A DNA stretch of 64,000 nucleotides from an uncultured delta proteobacterium. GTDB taxonomy: Bacteria; Desulfobacterota; Binatia; UBA9968. The notes below the pieces were generated by a model that saw only the letters and a list, made by a program, of their open reading frames with translations, was not told where the DNA came from and did not search any database. The first letter of the stretch is position 1; each line of letters begins with the position of its first letter. The DNA lies in NCBI GenBank assembly GCA_963755715.1, contig CAVWLW010000038.1, forward strand, positions 32,001-96,000, in the 5' to 3' direction. Positions 32,517 to 42,652 of the stretch are shown piece by piece. The translations under genes and the position numbers were made by a program.

Positions 32517-32620
32517 AACGGTTGGAGACGGTCAACGTAGACTCGCGCTTGGCTTCATTCACTGGTCCAACTATGTTAATTTTTTTTTGCGGCGCGCGCT
32601 TCATAAGCGCGTCCTATTAG

Positions 32621-34663
<2,043 letters not shown>

Positions 34664-34768
34664 GCAATTGCCAAAAGATTTGCGTTCATCTTTTATTTCA
34701 ACGGCTCGCAACAAGCGGAGATCTCTCGGTAGTTCATCTCCATTCGTCGTGAGTAGTTCGAAGCGCGA

Positions 34769-35095
34769 TTAATAGCGGTCGCGGCGCGGCGGTCGGCCGC
34801 CTCCACCGCCACCGCCAAAACCACCGCCGGAGCGCGAGTCGCGCGGCGCTTGCGGGCGAGCCTCGCTGACGACGATATTGCGGCCGTCGAAGTCCGTGCC
34901 GTTTAGTGCGCTAATCGCTTTTTCCGCTTCCTGATCCGAGCTCATCTCGACAAAGCCGAAGCCCTTCGACCGACCGCTGAATTTGTCGGTAATGATCCTC
35001 GCGCTGACCACCGAGCCATATTGCGCGAAGTGTTGCTGGAGCCTCTCCTCCGTGACGTTGTAGGAAAGGTTGCCAACGTATAACTTTGCTCCCAT
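34769..35095 (-). CDS. RRM RNA-binding protein with Gly-rich tail
   Basis: KLYVGNL (RNP2), KGFGFVEM (RNP1). Confidence 0.95.
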   Translation of the reverse strand: MGAKLYVGNLSYNVTEERLQQHFAQYGSVVSARIITDKFSGRSKGFGFVEMSSDQEAEKAISALNGTDFDGRNIVVSEARPQAPRDSRSGGGFGGGGGGGRPPRRDRY

Positions 35096-35229
35096 CTCGG
35101 CCCTCCTTGTTGGATCGACGAACGCTCACTTTAAACGGATCGACTTAGCCAAAGGGCAGGGCCTCAAACGGGTTTTCCACCACTCGCTCGGCGTGCTCTT
35201 CGGTAACCGGACCCCTGGCGAAATGGCGC

Positions 35230-35260
35230 CAGCCTACAAAAGTCAAAGCGCGCTTGTCAA
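35230..35260 (-). promoter_or_regulatory. sigma-70 promoter of the RRM gene
   Basis: TTGACA-18-TAGGCT, implying a ~130 nt leader. Confidence 0.5.
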
Positions 35261-35341
35261 ATCTTTTCAGCCCGGTGATCGGGCCTTGGCGATGGCTTGC
35301 CGGACCACGGTTCCTGGGCTAGAAAAAAGAGAGGAAAACCG

Positions 35342-35632
35342 ATGGAGCCGTTTGCGGAAAAAGCCCGCGCTCATTTCAAAGTTCATGGGCGCGTCCAAGG
35401 CGTTTATTTTCGCGCTTCGACCGTGCAGTGCGCCCAGGAGCTCGGCCTGACGGGCTGGGTGAAGAACTGCGACGACGGTTCGGTGGAGGGGGTTGCCGAG
35501 GGCCCGCGCCACCGGCTTGAGCAACTGATCTCGTGGTGTTGGCAAGGACCGTCGGGAGCAAAGGTGACAAACGTCGAGGTCTTTTGGGCAAGCGCCGAGA
35601 GCACCTTTATAGGTTTCACGATCAAGCGCTAA
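35342..35632 (+). CDS. acyP: acylphosphatase
   Basis: VHGRVQGVYFR, GWVKNCDDGSVE, GP motif. Confidence 0.93.
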   Translation: MEPFAEKARAHFKVHGRVQGVYFRASTVQCAQELGLTGWVKNCDDGSVEGVAEGPRHRLEQLISWCWQGPSGAKVTNVEVFWASAESTFIGFTIKR

Positions 35633-35636
35633 GCCG

Positions 35637-36479
35637 CTACTCTTTTTGCTTCGTCTGAATCAGATCCAGCGCCAGCCGATAGACCCCACGCTTGGCAAGA
35701 TCGTAGCGTTCGCCGAGCAATTCTGAAATTGCTTTCACGCCCATCCCTGCGCCGGCAAGGCGACGAATCTCCGCCTCGATCTCTTCGTCGGAAACCGCGG
35801 CCACTGACGGTGCACCCTGCACGACGATCGTGATCTCGCCCTTCACCTCCCGATTCGCAATCTGCTCGCTCACTGCGCTGATCGTGCCGCGCAGAAATTC
35901 TTCGTGAATCTTCGTCACCTCGCGGGCAACGACGATTTGACGGTCGCCGAAAACCTGCAGCAAGTCTTGCAGCGACTCTTTGAGCCGGTGCGGCGCCTCG
36001 TAGAAGATCAGCGTCCTGACTTCGCTCTGAAGCTTCTGCAGCTTTTTTTTCTTTTCCTGTTTCTTGGCGGGAAGAAACCCTTCGAAGACAAAGCGGTCGG
36101 ATGGCAGACCGCTGGCGCTTATCACAGCGGCGAGTGCGGCGGCGCCGGGAATCGGCGTTACTTGGATGCCGGCGAGCAACGCGGCCACGACCAAACGGTA
36201 ACCGGGGTCGGAGATCGCCGGCGTCCCCGCGTCGGATACCAACGCGATGCTGTCGCCGCGCAGCAAGCGCTCGACTAAATTTTGCGCCTTAGCGCGTTCG
36301 TTGTGCTCGTGATAACTGGTAAGCGCGGTTTTTATGCCGTAATGATCGAGCAGGTGGCGGGTATGGCGCGTGTCCTCGGCGGCGATCAAATCGACTTCTT
36401 TGAGAATGCGCAACGCGCGCAGCGTAATATCTTCGAGGTTGCCGATCGGCGTGGCGACGATATAGAGAACTCCAGCCAT
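35637..36479 (-). CDS. rsmI: 16S rRNA (cytidine1402-2'-O)-methyltransferase
   Basis: LYIVATPIGNLEDIT, AAEDTR, SDAGTPAISDPG, FYEAPHR. Confidence 0.96.
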   Translation of the reverse strand: MAGVLYIVATPIGNLEDITLRALRILKEVDLIAAEDTRHTRHLLDHYGIKTALTSYHEHNERAKAQNLVERLLRGDSIALVSDAGTPAISDPGYRLVVAALLAGIQVTPIPGAAALAAVISASGLPSDRFVFEGFLPAKKQEKKKKLQKLQSEVRTLIFYEAPHRLKESLQDLLQVFGDRQIVVAREVTKIHEEFLRGTISAVSEQIANREVKGEITIVVQGAPSVAAVSDEEIEAEIRRLAGAGMGVKAISELLGERYDLAKRGVYRLALDLIQTKQKE

Positions 36480-36494
36480 GACCAGAACCGCCCT

Positions 36495-36565
36495 ATAAGA
36501 ATCGAGAATCGGAGATGGAGGAAAAATTGCGCGATCTTCGATCCTCCATCCTCTATCTTCGACTC
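36495..36565. repeat. heptamer-periodic inverted repeat at the nadE/rsmI junction
   Basis: AGAATCGAGAATCGGAGATGGAGGA vs TCTTCGATCCTCCATCCTCTATCTTCGA. Confidence 0.6.
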
Positions 36566-36568
36566 GCC

Positions 36569-37390
36569 TCACTTTCCCCAATCCCGCGAATAGCGAAAAT
36601 CACGGTCAATGGTTCGCTGCGACACTTTGGCGATCACCGGCAGGCGCCGTTTGAATTGTGAAGTCATGATCTGGAGAGCAACTCTGTCGATAAACGTTTC
36701 GGCAAATCCTAAAGTCATTAGCTCCGGCTTGGTGCAACGCTGATCGACCATCATGTAGAGAAGCTTGTCCACTTCCCGGTAAGTGAATCCCAACTCTCCC
36801 TCGTCGGTTTGACCCACCCAGAGATCGGCTGAGGGCTCCTTCGCGACTATCACTGATGGCACCCCGATCGCTTCCGCCAACGCCCAGACCTGCGTCTTGT
36901 AAAGATCGCCGAGCGGATTTATCGCCGAAGCCATATCGCCGTGCAGCGTGCCGTAGCCGAGCAATAATTCGGTTTTGTTGCTCGTGCCGATCACCAAGCC
37001 GTTCCAGCGCGCTGAATGATCGTAGAGTATCGTCATGCGCTCGCGCGCCATCTTGTTGCCGCGCCGCCGCGCGTCGGCGTCCGGGAAGCGATCAAAGTAC
37101 GCGTCGATTTGCGGCGTAATATCGACGACCAACGATTCGAGATTGCTTTTCTGCGCGACCATTTCGGCATGCGCCAGGCTATCGGGATTGGAGCTCTTGT
37201 ACGGCATCAAAACAGCGAGCACGTTTTTCGCGCCGAGCGCTTCGGCGGCAAGCATGGCGCTGAGCGCGGAGTCGACGCCGCCGGATAATCCCACGATGAC
37301 TCGATTCATGCCGGTCTTCTGCACTTCATTGCGGATAAAACCGGTGAGGATTTCGCGCAGCAGCGGCGCATTGGTAGGAATTTGCATCAT
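36569..37390 (-). CDS. nadE: NAD+ synthetase, synthetase subunit
   Basis: [37 protein letters not shown]. Confidence 0.95.
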   Translation of the reverse strand: MMQIPTNAPLLREILTGFIRNEVQKTGMNRVIVGLSGGVDSALSAMLAAEALGAKNVLAVLMPYKSSNPDSLAHAEMVAQKSNLESLVVDITPQIDAYFDRFPDADARRRGNKMARERMTILYDHSARWNGLVIGTSNKTELLLGYGTLHGDMASAINPLGDLYKTQVWALAEAIGVPSVIVAKEPSADLWVGQTDEGELGFTYREVDKLLYMMVDQRCTKPELMTLGFAETFIDRVALQIMTSQFKRRLPVIAKVSQRTIDRDFRYSRDWGK

Positions 37391-37395
37391 GACCG

Positions 37396-38337
37396 TTACG
37401 GCGGGCAGCCGGAGGCTAGCGCTTTCGCTTTTTTGACGCTTTGAAGCGTTGAACTTTCGAAACCTTTGAGCTTTTGCGCGACATGCGCCGCCGGCCGCTC
37501 GCGAATCCGCATCAATTCATTGATCGTCAGATCGATGTCCTCATCGCGCAGCAGCGGCGACATCGTGCGTTTGCGGCGCACCGATTCCAGCGCAATATCG
37601 GCGACGAGAAAATCTTCTTCATAGTATTTCGCTTTGGCGATCCGCTGGCCAAAAGGATCGACGATTTCCGAACCGCCCCAAAAACCGACGCCGTCCTCGA
37701 AACCACAGCGATTGCCGTACACCATGAACAGACTATAGGTCTCCGCGTAGGTGCGGTTGATCATTTCCCAATAGCGCGCGTTATCGTCCTGAGCTTGCGC
37801 GTCGACGATGCCGCGCAGCGGGCTGGCCGACGGACAGAGAACCGCCAGCGCGCCGTCCAAAGCGGCCAGATAAATCGTCGACGGGTGCCACAGATCCTCG
37901 CAGATCAACAGCGCTAAGCGACCGAACTTCGAATCGAAGACGCGAATTCGGTCGCCGGCGGCGAAATAGCGCTGCTCGTCAAACATGCCGTAGGTCGGCA
38001 GGTAGACTTTGCGGTGCGTGTGGCGAATTTCGCCCTTTTCAAAATAGACCGCGGCATTGAAAAACCGATGGTCGGCGCTTTCCTCGACGAGCCCGGCGAC
38101 GAACGGCAGTTCACGGCTTAATTTTTTTAGCGCCTTCATTTCAGCGGAATTCATCGTCAGCGCGACACTCGGAACCGTATCGCGAAGGTAGTAACCGGTA
38201 AGACTCAGCTCCGGAAAAAGCAGCAGATCGGCCGAGTCTTTGACCGCCTGGCGAATATTTTCCTCGTAGAGCCCCATATTGGCGTCGAGGTCACCAAGCT
38301 TTGGATTTATTTGGGCGATTGCGATGCGGATCGACAC
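37396..38337 (-). CDS. nitrilase-family C-N hydrolase, probable glutaminase partner of NadE
   Basis: FPELSLTGY (E), [18 protein letters not shown] (K), ICEDLW (C) triad; adjacent to nadE. Confidence 0.88.
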   Translation of the reverse strand: MSIRIAIAQINPKLGDLDANMGLYEENIRQAVKDSADLLLFPELSLTGYYLRDTVPSVALTMNSAEMKALKKLSRELPFVAGLVEESADHRFFNAAVYFEKGEIRHTHRKVYLPTYGMFDEQRYFAAGDRIRVFDSKFGRLALLICEDLWHPSTIYLAALDGALAVLCPSASPLRGIVDAQAQDDNARYWEMINRTYAETYSLFMVYGNRCGFEDGVGFWGGSEIVDPFGQRIAKAKYYEEDFLVADIALESVRRKRTMSPLLRDEDIDLTINELMRIRERPAAHVAQKLKGFESSTLQSVKKAKALASGCPP

Positions 38338-38480
38338 GGGGAAGTCTCCATTAGCTCTACGATGCAATAAATTCTTATGAAAGTAACATAGGGCTCAGCT
38401 CACTTGCAATTTAACCTCTGCGCGCCTATTTTCGATCAAGCAATCGACTGGAAAAAGCCATAGTCAGGTTATCGGGCAAC

Positions 38481-38705
38481 ATGGATGAAAAAGTTCTGAT
38501 ATTCGGAAAAGATCTCTGACCGTACACCGCCGGCGCCCGGGAGGCATTCAGCCGCCGTAAGATTCCTCATGAGTACGTCAACGTCCTCGAAGACGAGCAG
38601 GGCTTGGAGCGCATGCTCAAGCTTTCGAACGGCCGGCGCCAAGTTCCGGTCATCGTCGAAGCCGGTAAAGTTTCGATCGGCTTCGGCGGTTCGTGAGAAG
38701 TTTAG
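38481..38705 (+). CDS. UXX-star family glutaredoxin-like selenoprotein with two Sec residues (74 aa)
   Basis: Manual translation MDEKVLIFGKDL-U-PYTAGAREAFSRRKIPHEYVNVLEDEQGLERMLKLSNGRRQVPVIVEAGKVSIGFGGS-U-EV-stop; TGA at 38517 and 38694; cis-Pro VP motif; SECIS-like hairpins after both. Confidence 0.88.
38532..38553 (+). promoter_or_regulatory. candidate SECIS element 1
   Basis: GGC-GCC-CGGGA-GGC-ATTCA-GCC; loop starts 18 nt after UGA 38517-38519. Confidence 0.55.
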
Positions 38706-38706
38706 C

Positions 38707-38725
38707 GCGCCGGCGGAGCCGGCGC
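38707..38725 (+). promoter_or_regulatory. candidate SECIS element 2
   Basis: GCGCCGGC-GGA-GCCGGCGC perfect stem; G-first loop 18 nt after UGA 38694-38696; no T-tract. Confidence 0.7.
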
Positions 38726-38768
38726 TGCACGCCATCCTATCAGCTTAAGCGAACGGTCTAAGGCCGAC

Positions 38769-39845
38769 GTGAGCGAGCCGATCAATCCGCTAATCACTGC
38801 TAAAATCCGCGCCGTCTTCGGCGCCGATCAGACATTGACCGCACTCGTGCCGCTCGCCGGCGACGCTTCGAGCCGCCGCTACTATCGAGCCATCCTCAGC
38901 GGCACCGGCACGCCGCCATCCATCATCGTCATGGAGCTGCCGGCCGGCAGCTCGCTACCGCTTTCGAGCGAGGAGTTGGCGATATTCAAGGAAGGGCCGA
39001 AAGAACTGCCATTTTTGAACGTACACCGTTTTCTCAGCCGGACCGGCGTCAATGTGCCGCAAATTCTCGGCGCTTGGGAAAAAGACGGAATTCTTTTGCT
39101 CGAAGACTTGGGCGATACAGCGCTCTGGGACCGGGTCCAGGGCTTGGCCGAGGACGACACCGTCGCCTGGTATCAAAAAGCGATCGACGAATTGTTGAAA
39201 ATACAGATCCGCGGCACCGAGAATCGCGACGGCTCCTGCATCGCCTTCCAACAGCGCTTCGATCTTAAGCTCTACATGTGGGAGTTCGAGCATTTTATCG
39301 AGTGGGGCTTGGAAAAACGCCCGGGCTCGGTCGTCAACGCGAACATGACGGGCCAGCTAAGAAAATCCTTTGCCGCCATCGCCGAGCTTTTGGACCGCCA
39401 AACTCCCTGTTTGAATCACCGCGATTATCACAGCTGGAATTTGATGATCCAAAACGAAGCCGTGCGCGTGATCGACTTTCAAGACGCGCTCATGGCGCCA
39501 CCCCAGTATGACCTCGCGTCCCTGCTGAACGATCGAGTCACCGACAGCGTGATTCGGCCGGCGCTCGAAGAACGGCTCGTGCGCTATTATATCGAGCGCC
39601 GCGGCGAGCTCGAAAAGCGCAAAATTTCGGCCGATGAATTCTGGGAAATTTACCGTCTTTCGGCTATTCAGAGGGACTTGAAAGTCGTCGGCCGTTTTTA
39701 CTATCTCGATCTCGTGAAAGGCAAACCCGGCTATATGAAGTTCGTGCCGCCGACCGCGCGGCGGCTCGAACGCAATCTCGCCAACGTCGCGCAGACGCAA
39801 CCCGTGCTGGAATTACTACGCGAACACTTCGAGGCGATGCGATGA
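38769..39845 (+). CDS. amgK: anomeric MurNAc/GlcNAc kinase (APH-like phosphotransferase)
   Basis: LAGDASSRRYYR, HRDYHSWNLM, IDFQDA, YDLASLL, QRDLKVVG; paired with a nucleotidyltransferase. Confidence 0.82.
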   Translation: MSEPINPLITAKIRAVFGADQTLTALVPLAGDASSRRYYRAILSGTGTPPSIIVMELPAGSSLPLSSEELAIFKEGPKELPFLNVHRFLSRTGVNVPQILGAWEKDGILLLEDLGDTALWDRVQGLAEDDTVAWYQKAIDELLKIQIRGTENRDGSCIAFQQRFDLKLYMWEFEHFIEWGLEKRPGSVVNANMTGQLRKSFAAIAELLDRQTPCLNHRDYHSWNLMIQNEAVRVIDFQDALMAPPQYDLASLLNDRVTDSVIRPALEERLVRYYIERRGELEKRKISADEFWEIYRLSAIQRDLKVVGRFYYLDLVKGKPGYMKFVPPTARRLERNLANVAQTQPVLELLREHFEAMR

Positions 39846-40588
39846 AAGCGATGGTCTTGGCCGCCGGCCAAGGCACCCGTCTGCACCCGATCACCGATAG
39901 CCAACCGAAAGCGCTCGTGCCGCTCGCGGGACGGCCGATGATCGAGTATGCGCTCTTGTTGCTGCGCCACTACGGCATCGGCGAGATCATCATCAACCTG
40001 CACCACTTCGGCGAGCAGATCGAAGATCGGCTCGGCGACGGTCAGCAACTCGGTTTAAACATCATGTACTCGAAAGAAACCGAGCTTCTCGATACCGGCG
40101 GCGGGCTTCTTAAGGCCAAAGCATTCCTGCAAGACGGCAGTTTTATCGTGATCAATACCGACGCGCTCATCGATTTGAATTTGGCCGAAGTGATCGCGTT
40201 TCACAAAAGCAAGAACGCCGCCGCGACGCTGGTGCTTCGTCCCGACGAAAACGCCGAGCAATACGGTTCGATGGATATCGACGAGCACGGCCGCATCTGC
40301 CGTTTCCTTCGGACCCAGGCGCCGATCCGACCGGCGGGATCGATCCAGACGTTGATGTTTTCCGGCGTGCAACTTCTCGAGCCTATCGTTTTCGACTATA
40401 TGGGCGCCGCTCAGGCGGCGCGAAAGTTCAGCACGACCCGGGAAACTTATCCGAAAATGCTGAGCGCCGGCGAAACACTTTCTGGATTTTGCTTCAAAGG
40501 TTTTTGGCAGGACCTTGGAACCATCGAGCGAATTAAACAGGCTGAAGAAAGCCTGGCTTCGGGTCGCGCCAGGCTGCATTATCTTTGA
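39842..40588 (+). CDS. murU: MurNAc-alpha-1-phosphate uridylyltransferase-like nucleotidyltransferase
   Basis: MVLAAGQGTRLHPIT/PK, INLHH, LDTGGGL, WQDLGT; ATGA overlap with amgK. Confidence 0.8.
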   Translation: MKAMVLAAGQGTRLHPITDSQPKALVPLAGRPMIEYALLLLRHYGIGEIIINLHHFGEQIEDRLGDGQQLGLNIMYSKETELLDTGGGLLKAKAFLQDGSFIVINTDALIDLNLAEVIAFHKSKNAAATLVLRPDENAEQYGSMDIDEHGRICRFLRTQAPIRPAGSIQTLMFSGVQLLEPIVFDYMGAAQAARKFSTTRETYPKMLSAGETLSGFCFKGFWQDLGTIERIKQAEESLASGRARLHYL

Positions 40589-40601
40589 ACACCCGTCTTT
40601 G

Positions 40602-41123
40602 TTAGTCCGCCACGATCAGACCACAAGCAGCGCGGTCACCGGCGTTGCCGGTTGGATCGGTGACGTAGTCATCGACGCCGACGTGAATGACCAAAGCGCT
40701 GCCATCGCTGTCAAATACCGAGGCCGGACCGGCTTGAAGCGTAATCGCGTCGGTCTTGGATTCAAAACGGCCTGAGCCGTCCTTGGTCACGAGCATATTC
40801 GGCAGATCGCCGGCGTGTGCGCCATCGGGACTTTTAAGACCGTGCTTTCTTTGCAGCGGGTTGAAATGTCCGCCCGCGCTGGTAAATGCCGGTCCCTCGC
40901 ATTTGCCGACGGCATGCACGTGCACCGCGTGTAACCCCGGTGTGAGTCCTTTCACTTCCAGGCGCACGAGCACCCCGTCGGCGGTATCACGCAGAACCGC
41001 CTTGCCGACGGTTTTGCCGTCTTTGTCTTTCAGATCGGCCGTCGCGTGCGACCCCGGCGCCGCCATCGAACAACCGACAATCAAAATTAATCCGAAAATC
41101 ATGAACAAATTTTTAATCGCCAT
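40602..41123 (-). CDS. sodC: Cu/Zn superoxide dismutase (lipoprotein)
   Basis: HAVHVH, GGHFNP, KHG, HAGDLPN, VIH, GNAGDRAACG; lipobox IVGC. Confidence 0.93.
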   Translation of the reverse strand: MAIKNLFMIFGLILIVGCSMAAPGSHATADLKDKDGKTVGKAVLRDTADGVLVRLEVKGLTPGLHAVHVHAVGKCEGPAFTSAGGHFNPLQRKHGLKSPDGAHAGDLPNMLVTKDGSGRFESKTDAITLQAGPASVFDSDGSALVIHVGVDDYVTDPTGNAGDRAACGLIVAD

Positions 41124-41286
41124 GTTGTTTCCTCCCGTTGAGAATTGTTTTTAAGTAGCACGGGCGTAGTGCAGTCACAAACTACGAGCAGCCGATGCCC
41201 CGAACTAGGCAGCCATTGCTCGATAATTTTTCGTCAAGTTTGCCACCCCTAGGGCCCTATGTTAGCTTTCAGCGTTGGCAGACGAG

Positions 41287-42006
41287 ATGGCATCATTGGG
41301 TTTTTACTTACCGACGGTCATGTTCATTTCACTCATCGGTGGGTTCTTGCCGCTATTGCGCGAGCTTTCGCAAAGAGCGCTGGCGCTGCTGTTGAGCTTT
41401 AGCGCCGGAGTGCTGCTCGGCGCGGTTTTTTTTCACATGCTGCCGGAGATCGGTAAAGTGCTCGTGGACGATACCGGCTTGCCCATCTTGGCCGGATTCT
41501 TATTGATCTTCGTCATGGAAAGGTTTGTCTTCGTGCACGCCTGCGAGGAACGCGAGTGCGACATCCATCAGATGGGCATCCCAGCTTTTTTGGGCATCTC
41601 GCTTCATAGCTTGTTGGACGGCATTGCCCTCGGCGCCGGTCTCATGTTGCCGCAGCTCGGCCCGGTCGTGCTGCTCGCGGTCCTGATTCACAAGATGCCG
41701 GACAGCATCTCGATATCTTCGATCCTCCTTTCCGCTGGCTGGGAACGGCGTAAAGTTGCCACGCTTAGCTTGTTGTTTTCTTTGACCACACCGGTGGGCG
41801 CACTCCTCGCTTTTCTCTTTCTACGCGAGCTTTCCGAGAATAATATAGCCGTCGCCCTCGGAGTGTCGGCAGGCACCTTCCTGGCGATCGCGACAGCGGA
41901 TATTTTGCCGCAAGTTCACCGCATCCAAGAGCGCAATCCCCTGACCTTGCTATTTTTAGTCCTCGGCCTCGGCGTGAGTTGGATCGGCAGGGCGTTGGTC
42001 CACTAA
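41287..42006 (+). CDS. ZIP family metal transporter
   Basis: FSAGVLLG, HSLLDG, HKMPD, AGTFL. Confidence 0.9.
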   Translation: MASLGFYLPTVMFISLIGGFLPLLRELSQRALALLLSFSAGVLLGAVFFHMLPEIGKVLVDDTGLPILAGFLLIFVMERFVFVHACEERECDIHQMGIPAFLGISLHSLLDGIALGAGLMLPQLGPVVLLAVLIHKMPDSISISSILLSAGWERRKVATLSLLFSLTTPVGALLAFLFLRELSENNIAVALGVSAGTFLAIATADILPQVHRIQERNPLTLLFLVLGLGVSWIGRALVH

Positions 42007-42239
42007 TCGCCGCATTGAGGCGCGTTAGAGTTGGTAGTTGTCGTACGCTGGAACGATCCCGCACACATCAATTTTTTTGGATGAAATCATACGAGGAGGG
42101 TCGCGAAGGATTTCGCAGTTCTAAACGGGGTATTGCCGTTACGGCGTGATAAATCACCTTTCGCTTGGAGTGGCGCGAAGAATGCGCAAAGCTTGCTCTA
42201 AGTGCTTTGACGCCTCCTCTTTTTTGCCAAGTTCCAATA

Positions 42240-42450
42240 ATGCACGACCGAGGCTTCCGGCCGTGTGACAGCGGAAAGCGCAACGCTTGATGAACCCCGA
42301 CGCCAATGAACAGGCACCAGGAACAATTGGCTAAATAAGTAAACCGATCCGCCAAGAGTTGTTAAACAGGAAAATCGCCGTGGAGAATGGGCAACCCGAG
42401 CAGCAAAGAGCAAACCCATATTGCTGCGAGAGCTTTCCGAATTAAAGGGC
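42240..42450 (-). pseudogene. degenerate fragment of a TMTC-like glycosyltransferase
   Basis: QLLADRFTYLANCSWCLFIG aligns by eye with QLVADRYSYLACLSWAVLIG of 49632..51665; flanks disrupted. Confidence 0.55.
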
Positions 42451-42652
42451 AGTGAGATCATCTTGAAATTCCATTGGGTGGACGGGCTGACAACACATCC
42501 GTTGACAAAACTGGAACGGGTAAATCTAGCGGATGATCCGATCCCATTTATCAAACTCGTGAATCCGCCTGCCGCTCTGACCTTGAGTGTCGAATCCTCG
42601 CTAGGGAGTCTTTTTGCTCGTCGTCCCTGAATCAGGCCCGAGAGATCCTGTT

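Noticed and set aside
38469-38735. 88-aa minus-strand ORF from the track
   Set aside because: Shadow of the plus-strand selenoprotein; no recognisable motif.
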